NCBI GenBank assembly: GCA_964016885.1
Contig: OZ024744.1
Coordinates: 116,746,001 to 116,810,000, forward strand
DNA: 64,000 nt
Reading direction: 5' to 3'
Source of the DNA: Eledone cirrhosa
Lineage: Eukaryota
Shown one piece after another: positions 18,001-33,944 of this stretch; position 1 is the first letter of the stretch, and every line of letters begins with the position of its first letter. The notes beneath the pieces are model-generated. The model searched no databases, was not told the origin of the DNA, and saw only the letters and a program-made list of their open reading frames with translations. Both the position numbers and the translations under genes were made by a program.

Positions 18001-21000
18001 TGTGAGATAATGACAATGTGAGATAATGACAATGTGAGATAATGACAATGTGAGATAATGACAATGTGAGATAATGACCAATGTGAGATAATGACAATGT
18101 GAGATAATGACAATGTGAGATAATGAGCAATGTGAGATAATGACAATGTGAGATAATGACAATGTGAGATGATGACTAATGTGAGATAATGACAACGTGA
18201 GATAATGACAATGTGAGATAATGACCAACGTGAGATAATGACAATGTGAGATAATGACAATGTGAGATAATGACAACGTGAGATAATGACAATGTGAGAT
18301 AATGACAATATGAGATAATGACCAATGTGAGATAATGACCAATGTGAGATAATGACAATGTGAGATAATGACAACTTGAGATAATGACAATGTGAGATAA
18401 TGACAATATGAGATAATGACCAATGTGAGATAGTGACAATGTGAGATAATGACAACGTGAGATAATGACAATGTGAGATAATGACAATATGAGATAATGA
18501 CCAATGTGAGATAATGACAATGTGAGATAATGACAATGTGAGATAATGACCAACATGAGATAATGAAAATGTGAGATAATGACAACGTGAGATAATGACA
18601 ATGTGAGATAATGACAATGTGAGATAATGAGCAATGTGAGATAATGACCAATGTGAGATAATGACCAATGTGAGATAATGACAATGTGAGATAATGACAA
18701 TGTGAGATAATGACAATGTGAGATAATGACAATGTGAGATAATGACCAACATGAGATAATGAAAATGTGAGATAATGACAATGTGAGATAATGACCAACA
18801 TGAGATAATGACAATGTGAGATAATGACAATGTGAGATAATGACCAACATGAGATAATGAAAATGTGAGATAATGACAACGTGAGATAATGACAATGTGA
18901 GATAATGACAATGTGAGATAATGAACAATGTGAGATAATGACCAATGTGAGATAATGACCAATGTGAGATAATGACAATGTGAGATAATGACAATGTGAC
19001 ATAATGACAATGTGAGATTATGACAATGTGAGATAATGACAATGTGAGATTATGACAATGTGAGATAATGACAATGTGAGATAATGACAACGTGAGATAA
19101 TGACCAATGTGAGATAATGACCAATGTGAGATAATGACAAACGTGAGATAATGACCAATGTGAGATAATGACAAATGTGAGATAACGACCAATGGGACAT
19201 AATGACAACGTGAGATAATGACAAATGTGAGATAACGACCAATGGGAGATAATGACAATGTGAGATAATGACAAATGTGAGATAACGACCAATGGGAGAT
19301 AATGAAAACGTGAGATAATGACAATGTGAGATAATGACCAATGTGAGATAATGAAAATGTGAGATAATGACCAATGTGAGATAATGACAATGTGAGATAA
19401 TGACCAATGTGAGATAATGACAATGTGAGATAATGACAATGTGAGATAATGACCAATGTGAGATAATGACCAATGGGAGATAATGACAATGTGAGATAAT
19501 GACAATGTGAGATAATGACCTATATGAGATAATGACCAATGTGAGATAATGACAATGTGAGATAATGACAATGTGAGATAATGACAATGTGAGATAATGA
19601 CCAATGTGAGATAACGACCAATGTGAGATAATGACCAATGTGAGATAATGACAATGTGATATATTGACCAATGTGAGATAATGACAATGTGAGATAATGA
19701 CCAATGTGAGATAATGACCAATGTGAGATAATGACCAATGTGAGATAATGACCAATGTGAGATAATGACAATGTGAGATAATGACCAATGTGAGATAATG
19801 ACCAATGTGAGATAATGACCAACGTGAGATAATGACAATGTGAGATAATGACAATGTGAGATAATGACAATGTGAGATAATGACAATGTGAGATAATGAC
19901 AATGTGAGATAATGACCAATGTGAGATAATGACAATGTGAGATAATGACAATGTGAGATAATGAGCAATGTGAGATAATGACAATGTGAGATAATGACAA
20001 TGTGAGATGATGACTAATGTGAGATAATGACAACGTGAGATAATGACAATGTGAGATAATGACCAACGTGAGATAATGACAATGTGAGATAATGACAATG
20101 TGAGATAATGACAACATGAGATAATGACAATGTGAGATAATGACAATATGAGATATTGACCAATGTGAGATAATGACCAATGTGAGATAATGACAATGTG
20201 AGATAATGACTACTTGAGATAATGACAATGTGAGATAATGACAATATGAGATAATGACCAATGTGAGATAATGACAATGTGAGATAATGACAACGTGAGA
20301 TAATGACAATGTGAGATAATGACAATATGAGATAATGACCAATGTGAGATAATGACAATGTGAGATAATGACAATGTGAGATAATGACAATGTGAGATAA
20401 TGACAATGTGAGATAATGACCAACATGAGATAATGAAAATGTGATATAATGACAATGTGAGATAATGACCAACATGAGATAATGACAATGTGAGATAATG
20501 ACAATGTGAGATAATGACCAACATGAGATAATGAAAATGTGAGATAATGACAACGTGAGATAATGACAATGTGAGATAATGACAATGTGAGATAATGAGC
20601 AATGTGAGATAATGACCAATGTGAGATAATGACCAATGTGAGATAATGACAATGTGAGATAATGACAATGTGAGATAATGACAATGTGAGATAATGACAA
20701 TGTGAGATAATGAACAATGTGAGATAATGACAATGTGAGATAATGACCAATGTGAGATAATGACTATGTGAGATAATGACAATGTGAGATAATGACAATG
20801 TGAGATAATGACCAATGTGAGATAATGACAATGTAAGATAATGACCAATGTGAGATAACGACAATGTGAGATAATGACAATGTGAGATAATGACCAATGT
20901 GAGATAATGACAATGTGAGATAATGACAATGTGAGATAATGACCAATGTGAGATAATGACAATGTGAGATAATGACAATGTGAGATAATGACCAATGTGA

Positions 21001-24000
21001 GATAATGACAATGTGAGATAATGACAATGTGAGATAATGACCAATGTGAGATAATGACAATGTGAGATAATGCCCAAGTTAGATAATGACCAAAGTGAGA
21101 TAATGACCAATGTGAGATAATGAAAATGTGAGATAATGGCAATGTGAGATAATGACAATGTGAGATAATGACAATGTGAGATAATGGCAATGTGAGATAA
21201 TGACCAATGTGAGATAATGACCAATATTGACGATGTGAGATAATGACAATGTGAGATAATGACAATGTGAGATAATGACCAATATGAGATAATGACAATG
21301 TGAGATAATGACCAATGTGAGATAATGCCCAATGTGAGATAATGACCAATGTGAGATAATGACCAATGTGAGATAATGACAATGTGAGATAATGACCAAT
21401 ATGAGATAATGACAACGTGAGATAATGACAATGTGAGATAATGACCAATGTGAGATAATGACAATGTGAGATAATGACCAATATGAGATAATGACAATGT
21501 GAGATAATGACCAATGTGAGGTAATGACCAATGGGAGATAATGACAATGTGAGGTAATGACCAATGGGAGATAATGACCAATATGAGATAATGACAATAT
21601 GAGATAATGACAATGTGAGATAATGACCAATATGAGATAATGACAATGTGAGATAATGACCAATGTGAGATAATGACCAATGTGAGATAATGACCAATGT
21701 GAGATAATGACCAATGTGAGATAATGACCAATGTGAAATAATGACCAATGTGATATAATGAGCAATGTGAGATAATGACAATGTGAGATAATGACCAATG
21801 TGAGATAATGACAATGTGAGATAATGACCAATGTGAGATAATGACCAATGTAAGATATTGACCAACGTGAGATAATGACCAATGTGAGATAATGACCAAT
21901 GTGAGATAATGACAATGTGAGATAATGACAATGTGAGATAATGACAATGTGAGATAATGAACAATGTGAGATAATGACCAATGTAAGATAATGACAATGT
22001 GAGATAATGACAATGTGAGATAATGACAATTTGAGATAATGACAATGTTAGATAATGACCAATGTGAGATAATGAACAATGTGAGATAATGACCAAAGTG
22101 AGATAATGACAATGTGAGATAATGACAATGTGAGATAATGAACAATGTGAGATAATGACCAATGTGAGATAATGACAATGTGAGATAATGACAACGTGAG
22201 ATAATGACAATTTGAGATAATGACAATGTGAGATAATGACCAATGTGAGATAATGAGAACGTGTGATAATGACAATGTGAGATAATGACAATGTGAGATA
22301 ATGACAATGTGAGATAATGACAATGTGAGATAATGACCAATGTGAGATAATGACAATGTGAGATAATGACAATGTGAGATAATGACAATGTGAGATAATG
22401 ACAATGTGATATAATGACAATGTGAGATAATGACAATGTGAGATAATGACAATGTGAGATAATGACAATGTGAGATAATGACCAATGTGAGAAAATGACA
22501 ATGTGAGATAATGACCAATGTTAGATAATGACCAATTGGAGATAATGACCAATGTGAGATAATTACAATATGAGATAATGACCAATGTGAGATAATGATA
22601 ACGTGAGATAATGACCAATATGAGATAATGACAATATGAGATAATGACAATGTGAGATGATGACTAATGTGAGATAATGACCAATGTGAGATAATGACAA
22701 TGTGAGATAATGACCAATGTGAGATAATGACAATGTGAGATAATGACAATGTGAGATAATGACCAATGTAAGATAATGACCAATGGGAGATAACGACCAA
22801 TGGGAGATAATGACAATGTGAGATAATGACAATGTGAGATAATGACAATGTGACATAATGACAATGTGAGATTATGACAATGTGAGATAATGACGATGTG
22901 AGATTATGACAATGTGAGATAATGACAATGTGAGATAATGACAACGTGAGATAATGACCAATGTGAGATAATGACCAATGTGAGATAATGACAAACGTGA
23001 GATAATGACCAATGTGAGATAATGACAAATGTGAGATAACGACCAATGGGAGATAATGACAATGTGAGATAATGACAAATGTGAGATAACGACCAATGGG
23101 AGATAATGACAATGTGAGATAATGACAAATGTGAGATAACGACCAATGGGAGATAATGACAACGTGAGATAATGACAATGTGAGATAATGACCAATGTGA
23201 GATAATGACAATGTGAGATAATGACCAATGTGAGATAATGACAATGTGAGATAATGACCAATGTGAGATAATGACAATGTGAGATAATGACAATGTGAGA
23301 TAATGACCAATGTGAGATAATGACCAATGGGAGATAATGACAATGTGAGATAATGACAATGTGAGATAATGACCTATATGAGATAATGACAATGTGAGAT
23401 AATGACCAATGTGAGATAATGACCAATGTGAGATAATGACCAATGTGAGATAATGACAATGTGAGATAATGACCAATGTGAGATAATGACAATGTGAGAT
23501 AATGACAATGTGAGATAATGACCAATGTGAGATAATGACCAATGTGAGATAATGACCAATGTGAGATAATGACCAATGTGAGATAATGACCAATGTGAGA
23601 TAATGACAATGTGAGATAATGACCAATGTGAGATAATGACCAATGTGAGATAATGACCAACGTGAGATAATGACAATGTGAGATAATGACAATGTGAGAT
23701 AATGACAATGTGAGATAATGACAACGTGAGATAATGACAATGTGAGATAATGACCAACGTGAGATAATGACAATGTGAGATAATGACAATGTGAGATAAT
23801 GACAACGTGAGATAATGACAATGTGAGATAATGACAATATGAGATAATGACCAATGTGAGATAATGACCAATGTGAGATAATGACAATGTGAGATAATGA
23901 CAATGTGAGATAATGACAACTTGAGATAATGACAATGTGAGATAATGACAATATGAGATAATGACCAATGTGAGATAGTGACAATGTGAGATAATGACAA

Positions 24001-27000
24001 CGTGAGATAATGACAATGTGAGATAATGACAATATGAGATAATGACCAATGTGAGATAATGACAATGTGAGATAATGACAATGTGAGATAATGACCAACA
24101 TGAGAAAATGAAAATGTGAGATAATGACAACGTGAGATAATGACAATGTGAGATAATGACAATGTGAGATATTGAGCAATGTGAGATAATGACCAATGTG
24201 AGATAATGACCAATGTGAGATAATGACAATGTGAGATAATGACAATGTGAGATAATGACAATGTGAGATAATGACAATGTGAGATAATGACCAACATGAG
24301 ATAATGAAAATGTGAGATAATGACAATGTGAGATAATGACCAACATGAGATAATGACAATGTGAGATAATGACAATGTGAGATAATGACCAACATGAGAT
24401 AATGAAAATGTGAGATAATGACAACGTGAGATAATGACAATGTGAGATAATGACAATGTGAGATAATGAGCAATGTGAGATAATGACCAATGTGAGATAA
24501 TGACCAATGTGAGATAATGACAATGTGAGATAATGACAATGTGAGATAATGACAATGTGAGATAATGACAATGTGACATAATGACAATGTGAGATTATGA
24601 CAATGTGAGATAATGACAATGTGAGATTATGACAATGTGAGATAATGACAATGTGAGATAATGACAACGTGAGATAATGACCAATGTGAGATAATGACCA
24701 ATGTGAGATAATGACAAACGTGAGATAATGACCAATGTGAGATAATGACAAATGTGAGATAACGACCAATGGGAGATAATGACAATGTGAGATAATGACA
24801 AATGTGAGATAACGACCAATGGGAGATAATGACAATGTGAGATAATGACAAATGTGAGATAACGACCAATGGGAGATAATGACAACGTGAGATAATGACA
24901 ACGTGAGATAATGACCAATGTGAGATAATGACAATGTGAGATAATAACCAATGTGAGATAATGACAATGTGAGATAATGACAATGTGAGATAATGACCAA
25001 TGTGAGATAATGACCAATGGGAGATAATGACAATGTGAGATAATGACAATGTGAGATAATGACCTATATGAGATAATGACAATGTGAGATAATGACCAAT
25101 GTGAGATAACGACCAATGTGAGATAATGACCAATGTGAGATAATGACAATGTGAGATAATGACCAATGTGAGATAATGACAATGTGAGATAATGACAATG
25201 TGAGATAATGACCAATGTGAGATAATGACCAATGTGAGATAATGACCAATGTGAGATAATGACCAATGTGAGATAATGACCAATGTGAGATAATGACAAT
25301 GTGAGATAATGACCAATGTGAGATAATGACCAATGTGAGATAATGACCAACATGAGATAATGACAATGTGAGATAATGACAATGTGAGATAATGACAATG
25401 TGAGATAATGACAATGTGAGATAATGACAATGTGAGATAATGACCAATGTGAGATAATGACAATGTGAGATAATGACAATGTGAGATAATGAGCAATGTG
25501 AGATAATGACAATGTGAGATAATGACAATGAGAGATGATGACTAATGTGAGATAATGACAACGTGAGATAATGACAATGTGAGATAATGACCAACGTGAG
25601 ATAATGACAATGTGAGATAATCACAATGTGAGATAATGACAACGTGAGATAATGACAATGTGAGATAATGACAATATGAGATAATGACCAATGTGAGATA
25701 ATGACCAATGTGAGATAATGATAATGTGAGATAATGACAATGTGAGATAATGACAACTTGAGATAATGACAATGTGAGATAATGACAATATGAGATAATG
25801 ACCAATGTGAGATAATGACAATGTGAGATAATGACAACGTGAGATAATGACAATGTGAGATAATGACAATATGAGATAATGACCAATGTGAGATAATGAC
25901 AATGTGAGATAATGACAATGTGAGATAATGACCAACATGAGATAATGAAAATGTGAGATAATGACAACGTGAGATAATGACAATGTGAGATAATGACAAT
26001 GTGAGACAATGAGCAATGTGAGATAATGACCAATGTGAGATAATGACCAATTTGAGATAATGACAATGTGAGATAATGACAATGTGAGATAATGACAATG
26101 TGAGATAATGACAATGTGAGATAATGACCAACATGAGATAATGAAAATGTGAGATAATGACAATGTGAGATAATGACCAACATGAGATAATGACAATGTG
26201 AGATAATGACAATGTGAGATAATGACCAACATGACATAATGAAAATGTGAGATAATGACAACGTGAGATAATGACAATGTGAGATAATGACAATGTGAGA
26301 TAATGAGCAATGTGAGATAATGACCAATGTGAGATAATGACCAATGTGAGATAATGACAATGTGAGATAATGACAATGTGAGATAATGACAATGTGAGAT
26401 AATGACAATATGAGATAATGAACAATGTGAGATAATGACAATGTGAGATAATGACTATGTGAGATAATGACAATTTGAGATAATGACAATGTGAGATAAT
26501 GACCAATATGAGATAATGACAATGTAAGATAATGACAATGTGAGATAATGACAACGTGAGATAATGACAATGTGAGATAATGACAATGTGAGATAATGAC
26601 AATGTGAGATAATGACCAATGTGAGATAATGACAATGTGAGATAATGACAATGTGAGATAATGACCAATGTGAGATAATGACAATGTGAGATAATGACAA
26701 TGTGAGATAATGACCAGTGTGAGATAATGACAATGTGAGATAATGACAATGTGAGATAATGACCAATGTGAGATAATGACAATGTGAGATAATGACAATG
26801 TGAGATAATGACCAATGTGAGATAATGACAATGTGAGATAATGCCCAAGTTAGATAATCACCAATGTGAGATAATGACCAATGTGAGATAATGACGATGT
26901 GAGATAATGACAATGTGAGATAATGACAATGTGAGATAATGACAATGTGAGATAATGACCAATATGAGATAATGACAATGTGAGATAATGACCAATGTGA

Positions 27001-30000
27001 GATAATGCCCAATGTGAGATAATGACCAATGTGAGATAATGACAATGTGAGATAATGACAATGTGAGATAATGACAATGTGAGATAATGACCAATGTGAG
27101 ATAATGACCAATGTGAGATATTGACGATGTGAGATAATGACAATGTGAGATAATGACAATGTGAGATAATGACAATGTGAGATAATGACCAATATGAGAT
27201 AATGACAATGTGAGATAATGACCAATGTGAGATAATGCCCAATGTGAGATAATGACCAATGTGAGATACTGACCAATGTGAGATAATGACAATGTGAGAT
27301 AATGACCAATATGAGATAATGACAATGTGAGATAATGACAATGTGAGATAATGACCAATGTGAGATAATGACAATGTGAGATAATGACCAATATGAGATA
27401 ATGACAATGTGAGATAATGACCAATGTGAGGTAATGACCAATGGGAGATAATGACAATGTGAGGTAATGACCAATGGGAGATAATGACCAATATGAGATA
27501 ATGACAATATTAGATAATGACAATGTGAGATAATGACCAATATGAGATAATGACAATGTGAGATAATGACCAATGTGAGATAATGACCAATGTGAGATAA
27601 TGACCAACGTGAGATAATGACAATGTGAGATAATGACAATATGAGATAATGACCAATGTGAGATAATGACCAATGTGAGATAATGTCAATGTGAGATAAT
27701 GACAATGTGAGATAATGACAACTTGAGATAATGACAATGTGAGATAATGACAATATGAGATAATGACCAATGTGAGATAATGACAATGTGAGATAATGAC
27801 AACGTGAGATAATGACAATGTGAGATAATGACAATATGAGATAATGACCAATGTGAGATAATGACAAGGTGAGATAATGACAATGTGAGATAATGACCAA
27901 CATGAGATAATGAAAATGTGAGATAATGACAACGTGAGATAATGACAATGTGAGATAATGACAATGTGAGATAATGAGCAATGTGAGATAATGACCAATG
28001 TGAGATAATGACCAATGTGAGATAATGACAATGTGAGATAATGACAATGTGAGATAATGACAATGTGAGATAATGACAATGTGAGATAATGACCAACATG
28101 AGATAATGAAAATGTGAGATAATGACAATGTGAGATAATGACCAACATGAGATAATGACAATGTGAGATAATGACAATGTGAGATAATGACCAACATGAC
28201 ATAATGAAAATGTGAGATAATGACAACGTGAGATAATGACAATGTGAGATAATGACAATGTGAGATAATGAGCAATGTGAGATAATGACCAATGTGAGAT
28301 AATGACCAATGTGAGATAATGACAATGTGAGATAATGACAATGTGAGATAATGACAATGTGAGATAATGACAATATGAGATAATGAACAATGTGAGATAA
28401 TGACAATGTGAGATAATGACCAATGTGAGATAATGACTATGTGAGATAATGACAATGTGAGATAATGACAATGTGAGATAATGACCAATATGAGATAATG
28501 ACAATGTAAGATAATGACAATGTGAGATAATGACAACGTGAGATAATGACAATGTGAGATAATGACAATGTAAGATAATGACAATGTGAGATAATGACCA
28601 ATGTGAGATAATGACAATGTGAGATAATGACAATGTGAGATAATGACCAATGTGAGATAATGACAATGTGAGATAATGACAATGTGAGATAATGACCAAT
28701 GTGAGATAATGACAATGTGAGATAATGACAATGTGAGATAATGACCAATGTGAGATAATGACAATGTGAGATAATGACAATGTGAGATAATGACCAATGT
28801 GAGATAATGACAATGTGAGATAATGCCCAAGTTAGATAATCACCAATGTGAGATAATGACCAATGTGAGATATTGACGATGTGAGATAATGACAATGTGA
28901 GATAATGACAATGTGAGATAATGACAATGTGAGATAATGACCAATATGAGATAATGACAATGTGAGATAATGACCAATGTGAGATAATGCCCAATGTGAG
29001 ATAATGACCAATGTGAGATAATGACAATGTGAGATAATGACAATGTGAGATAATGACAATGTGAGATAATGACAATGTGAGATAATGACCAATGTGAGAT
29101 AATGACCAATGTGAGATATTGACGATGTGAGATAATGACAATGTGAGATAATGACAATGTGAGATAATGACAATGTGAGATAATGACCAATATGAGATAA
29201 TGACAATGTGAGATAATGACCAATGTGAGATAATGCCCAATGTGAGATAATGACCAATGTGAGATACTGACCAATGTGAGATAATGACAATGTGAGATAA
29301 TGACCAATATGAGATAATGACAATGTGAGATAATGACAATGTGAGATAATGACCAATGTGAGATAATGACAATGTGAGATAATGACCAATATGAGATAAT
29401 GACAATGTGAGATAATGACCAATGTGAGGTAATGACCAATGGGAGATAATGACAATGTGAGGTAATGACCAATGGGAGATAATGACCAATATGAGATAAT
29501 GACAATATTAGATAATGACAATGTGAGATAATGACCAATATGAGATAATGACAATGTGAGATAATGACCAATGTGAGATAATGACCAATGTGAGATAATG
29601 ACCAATGTGAGATAATGACCAATGTGAGATAATGACCAATGTGATATAATGACCAATGTGAGATAATGACAATGTGAGATAATGACCAATGTGAGATAAT
29701 GACAATGTGAGATAATGACCAATGTGAGATAATGACCAATGTAAGATATTGACCAACGTGAGATAATGACCAATGTGAGATAATGACCAATGTGAGATAA
29801 TGACAATGTGAGATAATGACAATGTGAGATAATGACAATGTGAGATAATGAACAATGTGAGATAATGACCAATGTGAGATAATGACAATGTGAGATAATG
29901 ACAATGTGAGATAATGACAATTTGAGATAATGACAATGTGAGATAATGACCAATGTGAGATAATGAACAATGTGAGATAATGACCAACGTGAGATAATGA

Positions 30001-33000
30001 CAATGTGAGATAATGACAATGTGAGATAATGAACAATGTGAGATAATGACCAATGTGAGATAACGACAATGTGAGATAATGACAATGTGAGATAATGACA
30101 ATTTGAGATAATGACAAAGTGAGATAATGACCAATGTGAGATAATGACCAATGTGAGATAATGACAATGTGAGATAATGACAATGTGAGATAATGACCAA
30201 TGTGAGATAATGACAATGTGAGATAATGACAATGTGAGATAATGACAATGTGAGATAATGACAATGTGATATAATGACAATGTGAGATAATGACAATGTG
30301 AGATAATGACAATGTGAGATAATGACAATGTGAGATAATGACCAATGTGAGAAAATGACAATGTGAGATAATGACCAATGTTAGATAATGACCAATTGGA
30401 GATAATGACCAATGTGAGATAATTACAATATGAGATAATGACCAATGTGAGATAATGATAACGTGAGATAATGACCAATATGAGATAATGACAATATGAG
30501 ATAATGACAATGTGAGATGATGACTAATGTGAGATAATGACCAATGTGAGATAATGACAATGTGAGATAATGACCAATGTGAGATAATGACAATGTGAGA
30601 TAATGACAATGTGAGATAATGACCAATGTAAGATAATGACCAATGGGAGATAACGACCAATGGGAGATAATGACAATGTGAGATAATGACAATGTGACAT
30701 AATGACAATGTGAGATAATGACAACGTGAGATAATGACCAATGTGAGATAATGACCAATGTGAGATAATGACAAACGTGAGATAATGACCAATGTGAGAT
30801 AATGACAAATGTGAGATAACGACCAATGGGAGATAATGACAATGTGAGATAATGACAAATGTGAGATAACGACCAATGGGAGATAATGACAATGTGAGAT
30901 AATGACAAATGTGAGATAACGACCAATGGGAGATAATGACAACGTGAGATAATGACAATGTGAGATAATGACCAATGTGAGATAATGACAATGTGAGATA
31001 ATGACCAATGTGAGATAATGACAATGTGAGATAATGACCAATGTGAGATAATGACAATGTGAGATAATGACAATGTGAGATAATGACCAATGTGAGATAA
31101 TGACCAATGGGAGATAATGACAATGTGAGATAATGACCAATGTGAGATAATGACAATGTGAGATAATGACCAATGTGAGATAATGACCAATGGGAGATAA
31201 TGACAATGTTAGATAATGACCAATGTGAGATAATGACAATGTGAGATAATGAAAATGTGAGATAATGACAATGTGAGATAATGACAATGTGAGATAATGA
31301 CCAATGTGTGATAATGACAATGTGAGATAATGACCAATGTGAGATAATGACCAATGTGAGATAATGACCAATGTGAGATAATGACAATGTGAGATAATGA
31401 CAATGTGAGATAATGACCAATGTGAGATAATGACCAATGTGAGATAATGACAATGTGAGATAATGACCAATGTGAGATAATGACAATGTGAGATAATGAC
31501 AATGTGAGATAATGACAATGGGAGATAATGACAATGTGAGATAATGAGCAATGTGAGATAATGACAATGTGAGATAATGACAATGTGAGATAATGACCAA
31601 TGTGTGATAATGACAATGTGAGATAATGACAACGTGAGATAATGACCAATGTGAGATAATGACAATGTGAGATAATGACCAATGTGAGATAATGACCAAT
31701 GTGAGATAATGACAATGTGAGATAATGACCAATGTGAGATAATGACAATGTGAGATAATGACAATGTGAGATAATGACAATGTGAGATCATGACAATGTG
31801 AGATAATGAAAATATGAAATAATGACCAATGTGAGATAATGACCAATGTGAGATAATGACCAATGTGAGATAATGACAATGTGAGATAATGACAATGTGA
31901 GATAATGAAAATGTGAGATAATGACCAATGTGAGATAATGACCAATGTGAGATAATGACAACGTGAGATAATGACAATATGAGATAATGACCAATGTAAG
32001 ATAATGACCAATGTGAGATAATGACAATGTGAGATAATGACAATGTGAGATAATGACAATGTGAGATAATGACCAATGTGAGATAATGACAATGTGAGAT
32101 AATGACCAATGTGAGATAATGACAATGTGAGATAATGACAATGTGAGATAATGACCAATGTAAGATAATGACCAATGGGAGATAACGACCAATGGGAGAT
32201 AATGACAATGTGAGATAATGACAATGTGAGATAATGACAATGTGACATAATGACCAATGTGAGATAATGACAATGTGAGATAATGACCAATGTGAGATAA
32301 TGACAATGTGAGATAATGACCAATGTGAGATAATGACCAATGTGAGATAATGACAATATGAGATAATGACAATGTGAGATAATGACAATATGAGATAATG
32401 AGCAATGTGAGATAATGACAATGTGAGATAATGACAATGGGAGATAATGACAATGTGAGATAATGAGCAATGTGAGATAATGACAATGTGAGATAATGAC
32501 AATGTGAGATAATGACAACGTGAGATAATGACCAATGTGAGATAATGACAATGTGAGATAATGACCAATGTGAGATAATGACCAATGTGAGATAATGACA
32601 ATGTGAGATAATGACCAATGTGAGATAATGACAATGTGAGATAATGACAATGTGAGATAATGACAATGTGAGATCATGACAATGTGAGATAATGAAAATG
32701 TGAAATAATGACCAATGTGAGATAATGACCAATGTGAGATAATGACCAATGTGAGATAATGACAATGTGAGATAATGACAATGTGAGATAATGAAAATGT
32801 GAAATAATGACCAATGTGAGATAATGACCAATGTAAGATAATGACCAATGTGAGATAATGACAATGTGAGATAATGACAATGTGAGATAATGACAATGTG
32901 AGATAATGACCAATGTGAGATAATGACAATGTGAGATAATGACCAATGTGAGATAATGACAATGTGAGATAATGACAATGTGAGATAATGACCAATGTAA

Positions 33001-33438
33001 GATAATGACCAATGGGAGATAACGACCAATGGGAGATAATGACAATGTGAGATAATGACAATGTGAGATAATGACAATGTGACATAATGACAATGTGAGA
33101 TTATGACAATGTGAGATAATGACAATGTGAGATTATGACAATGTGAGATAATGACAATGTGAGATAATGACAATGTGAGATAATGACCAATGTGAGATAA
33201 TGACCAATGTGAGGTAATGACAAACGTGAGATAATGACCAATGTGAGATAATGACAAATGTGAGATAACGACCAATGGGAGATAATGACAATGTGAGATA
33301 ATGACAAATGTGAGATAACGACCAATGGGAGATAATGACAATGTGAGATAATGACAAATGTGAGATAACGACCAATGGGAGATAATGACAATGTGAGATA
33401 ATGACAATGTGAGATAATGACCAATGTGAGATAATGAC
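1..33438. repeat. 16/17-bp tandem satellite, left arm; consensus TGAGATAATGAC(C)AATG
   Basis: Uninterrupted head-to-tail units of two lengths (GACAATG and GACCAATG) with sparse point variants. It runs off the window start and stops at the (CAT)n tail of the LINE. Confidence 0.99.
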
Positions 33439-33460
33439 ATCATCATCATCATCATCATCA
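33438..33460 (-). repeat. (TGA)n / (CAT)n 3' tail of the RTE element
   Basis: About 7.7 CAT units abut the satellite. Short tandem-repeat tails are typical of RTE-clade LINEs. The related copies end the same way (54453, ~57270-57288). Confidence 0.93.
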
Positions 33461-33544
33461 GGTTTAGCGTCCGTGTTCCACGCTTGCATGGGTTTGGACG
33501 GGGGTTTTCCCACTTGAGGCAAGAGTGGTTGTCTTGCTCGCATA

Positions 33545-33775
33545 GGACTGTCTGGCGGGTTTTCTACAGTTGGATGCCCTTCCTAACACCAACCACATTT
33601 ACAGTGTGGGGCTGGGAGGTTTTTACCGTGTTGCCTACACGGTCACATTACAGCGTGGACTGTCTGGCGGGTTTTCTACAGCTGGATGCCCTTCCTAACA
33701 CCAACCACATTTACAGTGTGGGGCTGGGAGGTTTTTACCGTGTTGCCTACACGGCCACATTTACAGCGTGGACTG
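33545..33775. repeat. ~112-bp tandem duplication inside the RTE 3'UTR
   Basis: GGACTGTCTGGCGGG...CACATT(T)ACAGCGT starts at 33545 and 33657. A third GGACTG begins at 33770. Confidence 0.9.
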
Positions 33776-33944
33776 TGTGTTTTTTGTCGTGACACCTACA
33801 CGATCTCATTTGTTTCGGCCTGGATGTTGTGGGACCAACATAACTTTACATTGAAAGGGGCGGTGTGGGTGGGGTGGAGGTGGTGGGACGGGGGTGTGTT
33901 TTGATAGAGGTGCCTACTGACTGTAGTAGGTTTTTACTTTGTAT

